Positions 47,869 through 56,610 of a DNA stretch of 64,000 nt are shown piece after piece. A model generated the notes under the pieces. That model was not told the DNA's origin, made no database searches, and saw nothing but the letters and a program-made list of their open reading frames with translations. Each line of letters opens with the position of its first letter. Positions within the stretch are counted from its first letter, which is position 1. A program made the position numbers and the translations under genes. This DNA comes from Candidatus Omnitrophota bacterium (lineage in GTDB: Bacteria > Omnitrophota > Gorgyraeia > 2-02-FULL-51-18): NCBI GenBank assembly GCA_945877765.1, contig CAMDWQ010000001.1, positions 86,253-150,252 on the forward strand, written 5' to 3'.

Positions 47869-47899
47869 TCAATCACTGAGTAGTTTTACTCAGTCATTG
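47869..47899. terminator. Hairpin between convergent genes, possible terminator
   Basis: TCAATCACTGAGTA...TACTCAGTCATTGA inverted repeat. Confidence 0.4.
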
Positions 47900-47954
47900 A
47901 GTAATATTGACAACGCGGCAGTAGCCCAAAATTTATTGCATGCCGGGCTATTTT

Positions 47955-48692
47955 CTAGGGAAGACTTCTTTCGATCTCGGTAAGAAGTGTGGATTTAAAA
48001 TTTTTAAGCAACACATGCTGGCCAGTGGGCAAGAATCGCTTAAGTTCGCTTCGTATATCGAGTTTTTGGCGGTCAATCATGGCTAGAAGTTTCGTCTTCA
48101 ATGTTTTATCCTTCGAAAAAGTTTCCTTGAACGCCATGCGGCTTCGCAAGATAAAATAAACGTCGTAGAAATCCCGGGCTTTGGCGCGGGTCAGGCAAGC
48201 TTGAATCTTCTCGGCAACCAATCTCTTTTGGTCAAGATGCACCAACGTGTAAGGCGGCAATAAATCTGAATTGACCAGAGAGGCGACACCGGCATCTTTT
48301 GGCTGGGCTCGAAGAGAAACTTCCACTTGAATGCCGCTTTCGTATTCGTCCGTTTTGAAATGGAAAATGGCAAGATAGCCGCCGGATGTTTTCTTGGATT
48401 CTTCGATATCTGTTTTAATCCCTTCGCTTTCAATCTTTTTCAGGACAGCTTCCATCAGCGATTCAATTCCGGCGATGGAAATTTTTGAACCCGTAAAATC
48501 CAGATCCTCGGAAAATCGGGGACTTCTCCAAACAAGCCGCAACGCGGTTCCTCCTTTGAAAAGAAGAGATTCGGATTTCTTTTCCTGATACAGAAAAGAA
48601 AGAAAAAGGTGCTGGAGGTATTCCCTCACAACGTTATCCATTGTCGTTTGGTAGCGATCCGAAAATTGTTTAAGAGTTTTTGCCTCAATCAT
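47955..48692 (-). CDS. AbiEii-family nucleotidyltransferase toxin (type IV TA)
   Basis: FKGGTALR, RFSEDLDF, AEKIQA, KARDFYD. Confidence 0.92.
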   Translation of the reverse strand: MIEAKTLKQFSDRYQTTMDNVVREYLQHLFLSFLYQEKKSESLLFKGGTALRLVWRSPRFSEDLDFTGSKISIAGIESLMEAVLKKIESEGIKTDIEESKKTSGGYLAIFHFKTDEYESGIQVEVSLRAQPKDAGVASLVNSDLLPPYTLVHLDQKRLVAEKIQACLTRAKARDFYDVYFILRSRMAFKETFSKDKTLKTKLLAMIDRQKLDIRSELKRFLPTGQHVLLKNFKSTLLTEIERSLP

Positions 48693-49282
48693 AGAATGCT
48701 CTTTACAAGTTTTGTGAGGCTTTTTCTTTTAAAAAAATGGGCGTAAGAAAGTACCGACTTTTTATTGATGTTTCGGAGATTCAACCTCTCGTTTAGAGTT
48801 CTTCGCTTTAAATCAACGAAATAAAGGTAATCAATCAAGGCTTTCTCAGGCTCGGCAATGAAAATTACTCCTTGCCCTTTTTTCTCGGATCGATACCCTC
48901 GGTAGGCTTCGATTTTAATTCGGTAGTATTCATAGGATTTTTCTTGCGCTGTAAATTCCCTCGTGATTTTCGGCGTCGCTGAGGTGATTGTATAGACGGA
49001 TTCGGGGATGATACGGTAGTGAGCCAGTGCATACTCAAAAGATACGTAGGAAGGAAAATAAAGCCGGTTGGCTATTTCAAGCTCTGCCGGAGGATCCGAT
49101 TTAAGTCCATAGAGACCATTGCGAAGTTTGATAAAAATATCTTTCGTATGGTTCTTGATAAAAGCTTGAGCCGCCCATTCTTTAACCGAAAAAATACGAC
49201 GAAACTCTTCAGGTGAAAAGAGCCGGAGCCCCTTCGCCCTCAGTGTTTCCTGGACTTTTATAGGTTTCAGTTTTTGTGTCAT
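48689..49282 (-). CDS. AbiEi-family antitoxin
   Basis: LRNGLY, PSYVSFEYALAHYRIIPE, ITSAT, AEPEKALIDYLY. Confidence 0.9.
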   Translation of the reverse strand: MTQKLKPIKVQETLRAKGLRLFSPEEFRRIFSVKEWAAQAFIKNHTKDIFIKLRNGLYGLKSDPPAELEIANRLYFPSYVSFEYALAHYRIIPESVYTITSATPKITREFTAQEKSYEYYRIKIEAYRGYRSEKKGQGVIFIAEPEKALIDYLYFVDLKRRTLNERLNLRNINKKSVLSYAHFFKRKSLTKLVKSIL

Positions 49283-49473
49283 ATAGTACTAAAAGTGAAA
49301 TGTATATTTAAGCCAATTATAGCTTATTTCCAGCCGGATTCAAGCGCTTTTGGAAAATCGGTAAAAGTGCTTTTGCAAGGGGTAATTTGACTTTTCACCT
49401 GTTTAGAGGTAACCTCATGAAATCATTGATGATACAAAAATAGGTTGCGCCCTAAAAAAAGGATTAATCCACG

Positions 49474-49704
49474 ATGAGAAAAAGAAGCCATTCCGAAGTG
49501 ACCAAGCAAAAAATGAGCCGCAAAGCCAAGGGGAAAAACAACGCCATGTTTGGCAAGAAACACACCCAAGAGGCGCTCAAAAAAATTCAGCGGGCCAGCA
49601 AGGGTAAAAATAATCCGATGTTTGGCAAGACTCACTCGGTCGCCGCGCGCAAGAAAATCGGTTTGGCGGCCCGCAAGCGTTGGAGCCGGGTCAATTCCAA
49701 ATAG
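49474..49704 (+). CDS. Stand-alone NUMOD3-repeat basic protein
   Basis: HSEVTKQKMS, KGKNNAMFGKKHT, KGKNNPMFGKTHS. Confidence 0.7.
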   Translation: MRKRSHSEVTKQKMSRKAKGKNNAMFGKKHTQEALKKIQRASKGKNNPMFGKTHSVAARKKIGLAARKRWSRVNSK

Positions 49705-49758
49705 AACATCGTTTTTTAAGTAAGTCTTTTCAAAATTAAAAGCCAGCCGGTCTCTTCT

Positions 49759-50868
49759 TTGCCGCCTACTCCCCAGCGGTTTTATTTTATGGATGCTTTG
49801 CGTGCAGGAGCGATGATTGCCGTCGTCTTTCTGCATGCCTCGATTACTTACATGACCATCCGGATTCCGGATCTTGCCTGGCATATACAGGAAGCCTACG
49901 CGGTGCCGTTTTTTGACGGCTTTTTTTTATTCATCCAGGGATTTGTCATGCCTCTTTTTTTCATTCTTTCAGGATTTTTTTCCGAGTACTTAACGCAGTC
50001 TGCGGGAGCTTCCGGTTTTCTGACCAATCGGAAAAATAAAATTTTATTCCCATTTCTCTGGGGATGCCTGATTCTTTTGCCGGTGATTTATTTTATCTGG
50101 TCTTACGGATGGTGGATGTCCGGCCAGTGCGAATTGGGTGAAGTTGTAAGAGTGAATTTTTCTAGCCCATTTCTTAAAAAAAATTTGTATGGCCCCGCTC
50201 ATTTATGGTATCTCGAGTATCTTTTAATTTATTCCATTGTTTTTTTTCTATGGCGAAAAACACGAAAGCTGCCGGCTGTCCCTGCTTTCCTTTTTGTGCC
50301 GGCAACGGCGCTCATTCTTTTCTTTGGGCCGAGCGCGATGTTTAACTTTAAAAATTCTTTTGTGCCGGACCCGATGCGCCTTCTTCACTACGCTGTATTC
50401 TTTTATTTTGGGGCATGGTTTTACGCTTTTGGCCAAAAGTCGGACCGCTGGGTGCGTCTGGCGCCGCTGTGTTTGGTTTTGTCGCTTGTCGCTTTTTTGG
50501 TAGAGATGAGTTGCTTTCTACAGCAACAACCCATCGTTGCTGGAAGCATCGGATCAGCGGGCTTGGCGGTGTCGACGGCTTTTTTCACTTGGTTTTTTAT
50601 CGTGGGATGCCTGGGTCTTGGCTTTAAATTTTTTAACCGGCCCATCAAGTGGATCCGCTATCTCTCGGATGCCTCCTACTGGGTTTACTTGATTCATCTA
50701 CCGGCGGTGGGCTTGGCTCAGGTGATATTATTTCAATTTCATCTATCTTCCGTTTTAAAATTTTTAATCGTTGCTGTGTCGGCCATGGTTTTTAGCTTGC
50801 TCAGCTATCCTATTTTTGTCCGCGGTTTGGGCAGGGTAGGTTTTTTTAAAAGGAAGGCTGTGTTATAA
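49759..50868 (+). CDS. Acyltransferase family 3 (MdoC/OpgC-like)
   Basis: DALRA, MPLFFILSGFF, HLWYLEYL, YLSDASYWVYLIHLP. Confidence 0.88.
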   Translation: MPPTPQRFYFMDALRAGAMIAVVFLHASITYMTIRIPDLAWHIQEAYAVPFFDGFFLFIQGFVMPLFFILSGFFSEYLTQSAGASGFLTNRKNKILFPFLWGCLILLPVIYFIWSYGWWMSGQCELGEVVRVNFSSPFLKKNLYGPAHLWYLEYLLIYSIVFFLWRKTRKLPAVPAFLFVPATALILFFGPSAMFNFKNSFVPDPMRLLHYAVFFYFGAWFYAFGQKSDRWVRLAPLCLVLSLVAFLVEMSCFLQQQPIVAGSIGSAGLAVSTAFFTWFFIVGCLGLGFKFFNRPIKWIRYLSDASYWVYLIHLPAVGLAQVILFQFHLSSVLKFLIVAVSAMVFSLLSYPIFVRGLGRVGFFKRKAVL

Positions 50869-50875
50869 TTTGTCC

Positions 50876-51847
50876 ATGAAAACTATTTTAGTGACGGGTG
50901 GGGCAGGCTACATCGGTTCGGCGATGGTCCATGAATTGATTGCCGAAAAATACAGGGTCGTTGTGCTGGATGATCTTAGCATGGGGCATCGGAGGCTGGT
51001 GCCAAAACAGGCGGAATTTTTCAAAGGCGATTTAAAAAATATTACTGACTGCCGACAGATTTTTAAAAAATATAAAATTACCGCGGTGATGCATTTTGCG
51101 GCGTCGGCTCTAGTGGGTGAGTCGGTTGCCAAGCCTCTTCTTTATTATCAAAATAACACAGCAGCCTGCGTGAATCTTCTTAATGCCATGCAGGAAGCCC
51201 GCGTTCACCAGTTTATTTTTTCATCCACCTGCGCCACTTACGGGGAGCCCAAGACGATTCCGATGCCAGAGTCTCATCCCCAGGATCCGACCAATCCTTA
51301 CGGCCGGTCGAAGCTTATGATTGAGTGGATGTTAAGAGACCTCGCAAAAATCTCCAACTTTTCTTACATTGCCTTGCGGTATTTTAATGCCGCGGGCGCG
51401 CATTCATCGGGGTTGACGGGGGAAATTCACGAACCCGAGGCTCATCTAATCCCCAACATTCTTAAAGCGGTGCGCAACCCCAAAAGAAAATTGGTGATTT
51501 TTGGAGGTGATTTTGACACGCCAGACGGTACTTGTATGCGGGATTATGTGCACATTCAGGATATTACCCACGCGCATTTTTTGGCGCTTAAGGCGCTGGG
51601 GAGGGGCGTGAAGAATGAAGTGTTTAATCTGGGGCTTGGACGGGGGATATCCAATCTTGAGATTTTAAAAATGGCTGAAAAGGTGACGGGTAAAAAAATT
51701 GGCTACAAAATTGGAGCGCGGCGTCCGGGGGATCCCTCTCGGCTGGTGGCTGATAACTCCAAGGCTAAGAAAATACTTGGGTGGACTCCTAAGCGCGGAT
51801 TAGAGGAGATTATTCGGTCGGCGTGGGAGTGGGAGTTATCACTGTAA
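50876..51847 (+). CDS. galE: UDP-glucose 4-epimerase
   Basis: TGGAGYIGS, HFAA..LVGES, SSTCATYG, YGRSK, LRYFNAAGA, DGTCMRDY. Confidence 0.93.
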   Translation: MKTILVTGGAGYIGSAMVHELIAEKYRVVVLDDLSMGHRRLVPKQAEFFKGDLKNITDCRQIFKKYKITAVMHFAASALVGESVAKPLLYYQNNTAACVNLLNAMQEARVHQFIFSSTCATYGEPKTIPMPESHPQDPTNPYGRSKLMIEWMLRDLAKISNFSYIALRYFNAAGAHSSGLTGEIHEPEAHLIPNILKAVRNPKRKLVIFGGDFDTPDGTCMRDYVHIQDITHAHFLALKALGRGVKNEVFNLGLGRGISNLEILKMAEKVTGKKIGYKIGARRPGDPSRLVADNSKAKKILGWTPKRGLEEIIRSAWEWELSL

Positions 51848-51983
51848 TTTTCCTCCCCTTTCGAAGGGGAGGTGCCAGAGGCGGAGGGGTTGTAAGGTCT
51901 GTTGTAGGAACTATGTTTGAAGCGCGACGTGTCAACCACCCCGTCGCCTTCGGCGCCACCCCTCCTTCGAAAGGAGGGGAAAT
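51848..51983. repeat. Palindromic REP-like element of a second family between convergent galE and pepF
   Basis: CCTCCCCTT-tcg-AAGGGGAGG and CCCCTCCTT-cga-AAGGAGGGG hairpins at the two ends. Confidence 0.7.
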
Positions 51984-53776
51984 TAACCAGCCAAACTTTC
52001 CGTTTGGATTACTAAATCTTCCAGAATTTTTAATCCCGACTTCCAAAAATCTTTATTCTTAATATCTAGCCCTGCAATCTTGGCGATGTCTTCGGGTTTT
52101 TTGGAGCCGCCAAGAGAAAGCATTTCAAAATACTTGGGAATAAATTCTTTGGGGTTCTCTTTGTATTTTTGGTAGAGGGAGAGGACAAAAAGCTGGGCAA
52201 AGGCGTAGGCGTAGCAATAAAATGGTGAGTGGACAAAGTGTGGAATGTACTTCCAGCCGTGGCGGTAATTGTCCGTGAGGACGACACTTTTTCCATAAAA
52301 GCCTGCGTTAACCTGTATCCAAAAATCGCTTAGGCGGTCGCTTGAGAGCTCGCCTTCTTTTAAACCTGATTCATGGGCCAGAAGCTCAAAATCGGTCATG
52401 GTGATCTGGCGAAACACTGTCGCAAAATTATCATCGATTTTTCCGCACAGAAGTGCTAGTCGTTTTTTGGGATCTGTTTCTTTTTCGAGAATTTTTTCAA
52501 AAATAAGCATTTCACCGAAAACGGAAGCGCATTCGGCCATTGTCAGCGGCGCGCCTGATTCCAAAATCCCCGAGCGGCGGGCCAGGTACTGGTGCATGCC
52601 GTGGCCGAGTTCGTGGGCGACGGTCATGACGTCGCGGAGACTGCCGGTGTAATTGACGAGAATGTAGGGGTGGAGTGACGGGGTAGTTTCACAACAGAAA
52701 CCACCGCCTTGTTTTCCCTCGCGGACTTCGGCGTCGATCCAGCGGCGTGTAAAAAACTGCTCGACGATTTTCCCAGCCTCCGGCGAAAAGGCGTTGTATC
52801 CATCCAAAACAATTTGGCGGCACTCGGAAAAATCAATTTTAGTTTCCTCAGCTTCGACGGTGGCGTAGCGGTCGTAATCGTACATCGTATCCAGCCCCAA
52901 GAGTTTTTTCTTAAGCGCATAATAGCGCTGTGCTAGCGGAAAGGCCGCGTGGACGTTCTCGATGAGATTGCGCACACTTTCTAAATCAATCTCATTGGAA
53001 AGGTTCATGGCGTCCATGGGGTGTGCGTAATTGCGAATCTTAAGCGACGAGCGGTGATCGGCGAGAATCATATTGTAGATATAAGTCAGAAGGTGCGTGT
53101 TTTGCGAAAGGCCCTCGGCCAGACTGTCAGAGGCTTTTTTTCTTTCGGTGCGGTCGGCGCTGTGAAAAAGAGACAGGACTTCGCCCTCGGTTTTTTTGAC
53201 GCGCTGGCCCTGGCTTTCGATATAAAAGGGAATGTTGTTCATTACCTCATCAAATAGCCGCGAGAAGGCACTGCCGGACGTATTGGATTTGATGGACATG
53301 ATTTTTTCCTCGCCCTCGGCGAGTGTGTGAGGCGCCCAAACGCGCATTTTTTCAAGAAAATGGCGGTCGTTTTGTACGGAGGCATCGCTCATCAGCCGGT
53401 CGGCTATTTTGGCGTCGAGTTTATTCCAGCGGACTTCAAAAAAAAGTAGGTGGGCGTTGATATCCGTGAGTGTCACCTGGATTTTTTGCATGAAGGCGCC
53501 GATTTTGGCGTCGTTGGTTTTTCCGGCAAAGGACAGATGAGAAAAAACTCCCGGTTTAGTCAGGAGCTCGATGATTTCTTTGTAGTCCTTGAGCAGATCC
53601 GCCAGAGGGAAAGCGCTTTTTTCATCCAAAGAATCAAAAAGTGGCTTGTATTGACTTTCAAAGCCTACTGCCCGCGACTGTGCCAGATTCAGGTCGGACT
53701 GAATCTTGGGGTCCTCCATAGAAGCATAAAGATCAGACAAATCCCAGCGGATACCCTTGGCAAAATTTTCTGACAT
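51983..53776 (-). CDS. pepF: Oligoendopeptidase F (M3B)
   Basis: WDLSDLY, GKQGGGFC, HELGHGMH, AECASVFGE, IPHF.HSPFYCYAY. Confidence 0.92.
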   Translation of the reverse strand: MSENFAKGIRWDLSDLYASMEDPKIQSDLNLAQSRAVGFESQYKPLFDSLDEKSAFPLADLLKDYKEIIELLTKPGVFSHLSFAGKTNDAKIGAFMQKIQVTLTDINAHLLFFEVRWNKLDAKIADRLMSDASVQNDRHFLEKMRVWAPHTLAEGEEKIMSIKSNTSGSAFSRLFDEVMNNIPFYIESQGQRVKKTEGEVLSLFHSADRTERKKASDSLAEGLSQNTHLLTYIYNMILADHRSSLKIRNYAHPMDAMNLSNEIDLESVRNLIENVHAAFPLAQRYYALKKKLLGLDTMYDYDRYATVEAEETKIDFSECRQIVLDGYNAFSPEAGKIVEQFFTRRWIDAEVREGKQGGGFCCETTPSLHPYILVNYTGSLRDVMTVAHELGHGMHQYLARRSGILESGAPLTMAECASVFGEMLIFEKILEKETDPKKRLALLCGKIDDNFATVFRQITMTDFELLAHESGLKEGELSSDRLSDFWIQVNAGFYGKSVVLTDNYRHGWKYIPHFVHSPFYCYAYAFAQLFVLSLYQKYKENPKEFIPKYFEMLSLGGSKKPEDIAKIAGLDIKNKDFWKSGLKILEDLVIQTESLAG

Positions 53777-53802
53777 TTAAGCTCCTTTAGACGGCTGGCG
53801 GT

Positions 53803-54273
53803 TTAGTGGGAATGGCCGTGTTCGCCGTGCGCGTGGCCGTGTTCAAGCTCTTGCGCCGTGGCTTCACGAAGGCCTGTGATTTCGATCGCAAACGTCAAAT
53901 CCACACCTGCCAGCGGATGATTACCGTCCAAAGACACCTCGGTGTCATGGATTTCGGTGACGGTAAAAACCGGCGAGTGGTCGTCGGCGCCTCCACGGAA
54001 TTTATCCCCGAGCTTTATTTCTTGGGTCGGAAGGGAAGATTTGGGGGCCTTGATGATCAATTCCGTGTCTTTTTCGCCGTACGCATCAGCGGCGACGACA
54101 TTAATTTGTTTCTTATCGCCAATGTTTAATTGTAGCAATTCTTTTTCAAGTCCCGGAATAATTTGTCCCGCCCCCTCCATAAACGTAAGGGGTTCGCGGC
54201 CTGCGGACGAATCCATGGTGGCACCGAAAGCGTTGGTCAGTGTGTAATGGAAGGAAATCACTTTTGGGGTCAT
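53803..54273 (-). CDS. slyD: FKBP-type PPIase SlyD
   Basis: QIIPGLE, AYGE, DGNHPLAG, His-rich tail. ATG after AGGAG. Confidence 0.92.
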   Translation of the reverse strand: MTPKVISFHYTLTNAFGATMDSSAGREPLTFMEGAGQIIPGLEKELLQLNIGDKKQINVVAADAYGEKDTELIIKAPKSSLPTQEIKLGDKFRGGADDHSPVFTVTEIHDTEVSLDGNHPLAGVDLTFAIEITGLREATAQELEHGHAHGEHGHSH

Positions 54274-54403
54274 CGACGTCTCCTGTTTATTTAACGGCGA
54301 TAATTCTACCACACAATCTTTTGGGGGAGGTAAGGCCTTTATTTGTAGGATTTTTTTGGGACGGGTGATAAAATACCGTGCATGTTCACCCGAGGGCATT
54401 CCG

Positions 54404-55120
54404 ATGCATAAATCTTTTTCAATTCTAAGTGCGGTGGTGTTCTTTACCGCTTTGTTTCCTGCGTCCGTCATCGCCGCTGAGGCTCCCTATTGTGAAGTCG
54501 TGCGTGTCGCTGGAAGTGTCCAATTAAACCGCCGCGGTCAGGCTCCGGCGGATATTCAGCAGGGCATGATGATTTTGAAAGGGGACAAGCTGGTTGTCTC
54601 GAAGGCTTCTTCGGCGGATCTTGCTTTTGACCCACAGTGGCAAAATGTCGCTCACTTAAATGAGAACACGCGCGTGGTCGTGCGCTATCTCAACCCCACC
54701 CGCCTTGAAATGGTGTCCGGCGATATTTATTCGAAGCTGGACAGCCTGCCGAAAGGATCTAGTTTTGAAGTCGTTACGCCGACCGCGATTGCTTCTGTGC
54801 GAGGGACCAAGTTTAGGACCACGCATGAAAAGGGGACAACGACCGTTTACAATGATTCAGAGACTTCTTTGGTTTACGTGTATCGCCTGGATGAAAACGG
54901 AAATCGCTCCGGCCGCGCTGTCGTTCTTAAGCCGGGAGAATCTACGACGTTGATTGGTGAGGTAGAGGTCTATGATTCTATGATTGAAGATCTTCAAGAC
55001 TCTCGTGACCGAGAGGACCAGGATCAGCTTAATGATGATCTTAAAAATCGCGTAAAAAATGAAGCTTCTTCTGGTGACGGTGAACAATTCGGAGACGGGG
55101 AAGGGGATACTCAGCGCTGA
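54404..55120 (+). CDS. Exported FecR-domain protein
   Basis: Signal peptide, GDKL, LNENT, FEVVTPTAIASVRGTKF and an acidic tail. Confidence 0.85.
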   Translation: MHKSFSILSAVVFFTALFPASVIAAEAPYCEVVRVAGSVQLNRRGQAPADIQQGMMILKGDKLVVSKASSADLAFDPQWQNVAHLNENTRVVVRYLNPTRLEMVSGDIYSKLDSLPKGSSFEVVTPTAIASVRGTKFRTTHEKGTTTVYNDSETSLVYVYRLDENGNRSGRAVVLKPGESTTLIGEVEVYDSMIEDLQDSRDREDQDQLNDDLKNRVKNEASSGDGEQFGDGEGDTQR

Positions 55121-56226
55121 TGCCTACAAAAAATTTGAAAATGAAGAAGCTGTTATTTTTAGCCCCCAAACTTTTAAAAACAGCAGGAGTCTTTGGGCTT
55201 CTAACAATTTTGACGGTCACTTCCGTCGTGGCGGCGAATCTTTCTGATGAAGAAAAAGCACAAAAGCGCCAGGATCTTGAGAAATTTTTCTCCAACGCTC
55301 TTATCCAGACCAAACCCGAGGCCGTCAAAAAAACCTACCAAACTTTACAGATGACTGGTAGTGGCTCCACTCGCTATGGTTATGACAGCAATGTCGATCT
55401 TGACAGCAGTGAAGAGGGTGATTTTTTCTACCAAGAGAAAATTGGCGGTAAATTGGAGTACGCGCCGGAGGGGGCCTCGCTTTGGGGGATGCCTATCTTA
55501 GGAGGCGTTGAAGGCCGCTATGATTATTGGGGGTACTTTGACCGCGATGATATGAATCGCCAGACGATTTACGGCGCGCCTTATCTTCAATTAAACATCA
55601 ACCAGGATTTGGAGCTTCAAGCCGCGTATGAGTTCCGGGCGCGCCTCTACGATACGCGTGATGATTTAAGTTATTTTTCTAACGGCGCCAAGACTTCGTT
55701 GACTCACCGAATTATCCCTGGCTTGACGCAAAAAGGCACGTTTAGCTACGAACGTCTGGATTATACGGATCGCGCCGCGCTTTTACCCGATGGAAATTTT
55801 TCAGCCAGCGACCGGCAGGATAACCGGTACGAAGCATCTTATGGAATTAGAGACCGGATAGGGCCTTGGACCATTGACCTAGGAGGAAGTTGGCTCTGGA
55901 ATGATTCCAACGATCAGTATTTTGATTACAATGATTTCAACGAAGCGGGAATTGACGGGTCCGTGTCCTACCGCGCGACAGAGAGACTAGTGTTGACCGG
56001 CTTCGGCGGCTGGCACAAAAGAGAGTATGACTCCCGTTTAATTTCGCCAGAGTTTACCACGGTGCAGAGTGACGATTGGTATTATGCCGGCGCAAGGGCT
56101 TTTTATGCCATCAATGCCTGGTCGGGCCTGGATGTGACTTTCACCTACTATCAAAATGACTCCAATGACCCCAACCATGAGTACGACTCCATGATTACTA
56201 GTGCTGGGTATCATATTTATTTTTAA
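55120..56226 (+). CDS. Outer-membrane beta-barrel protein
   Basis: Signal peptide, YGYDSNV, alternating aromatic strands, C-terminal YHIYF. Confidence 0.82.
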   Translation: MPTKNLKMKKLLFLAPKLLKTAGVFGLLTILTVTSVVAANLSDEEKAQKRQDLEKFFSNALIQTKPEAVKKTYQTLQMTGSGSTRYGYDSNVDLDSSEEGDFFYQEKIGGKLEYAPEGASLWGMPILGGVEGRYDYWGYFDRDDMNRQTIYGAPYLQLNINQDLELQAAYEFRARLYDTRDDLSYFSNGAKTSLTHRIIPGLTQKGTFSYERLDYTDRAALLPDGNFSASDRQDNRYEASYGIRDRIGPWTIDLGGSWLWNDSNDQYFDYNDFNEAGIDGSVSYRATERLVLTGFGGWHKREYDSRLISPEFTTVQSDDWYYAGARAFYAINAWSGLDVTFTYYQNDSNDPNHEYDSMITSAGYHIYF

Positions 56227-56241
56227 AGGGGGTCCAAATTT

Positions 56242-56411
56242 GTAACCCCTTAGCATTTCCGAACGATTAATGAGCGCCCATGTCATCCCCGAAATTTTTA
56301 ATCGGGGATCATGTTAAAGGGACAGTCTATGGATTATTTTAAGTATGATCCCCGATTAAAAATTTCGGGGATGACATTAGGGGGAGTTGTTCGGAGATGC
56401 TAAGGGGTTAC
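56242..56411. mobile_element. 170-bp MITE with 23-bp terminal IRs, 8-bp target duplication and an internal REP doublet
   Basis: IRs GTAACCCCTTAGCATT/CTCCGAAC (1 mismatch). CCAAATTT duplicated at 56234-56241 and 56412-56419. Confidence 0.88.
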
Positions 56412-56610
56412 CCAAATTTTCTCCCCAAGATCTAATTCAAAATTGCTTATATAAGCTTTAAATTAATCACTAAAGTTAAAAAATATTTAATTTAAAATTT
56501 TTAGAAATAATTTTTTTTGTCCTATTTTTGGTTCTTCTATTGTATTTGTACAAAACCTCAGGTAAAATTTCGATGTCCAAATCCCGCAAACTCATTTCGA
56601 GGAGAAACTA

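Noticed and set aside
49423-49884. 153-aa minus-strand ORF
   Set aside because: Antisense shadow of the NUMOD3 and acyltransferase genes with no recognisable motif.
54274-54471. Extended SlyD start overlapping the FecR gene
   Set aside because: Homology and the RBS indicate the start at 54273.
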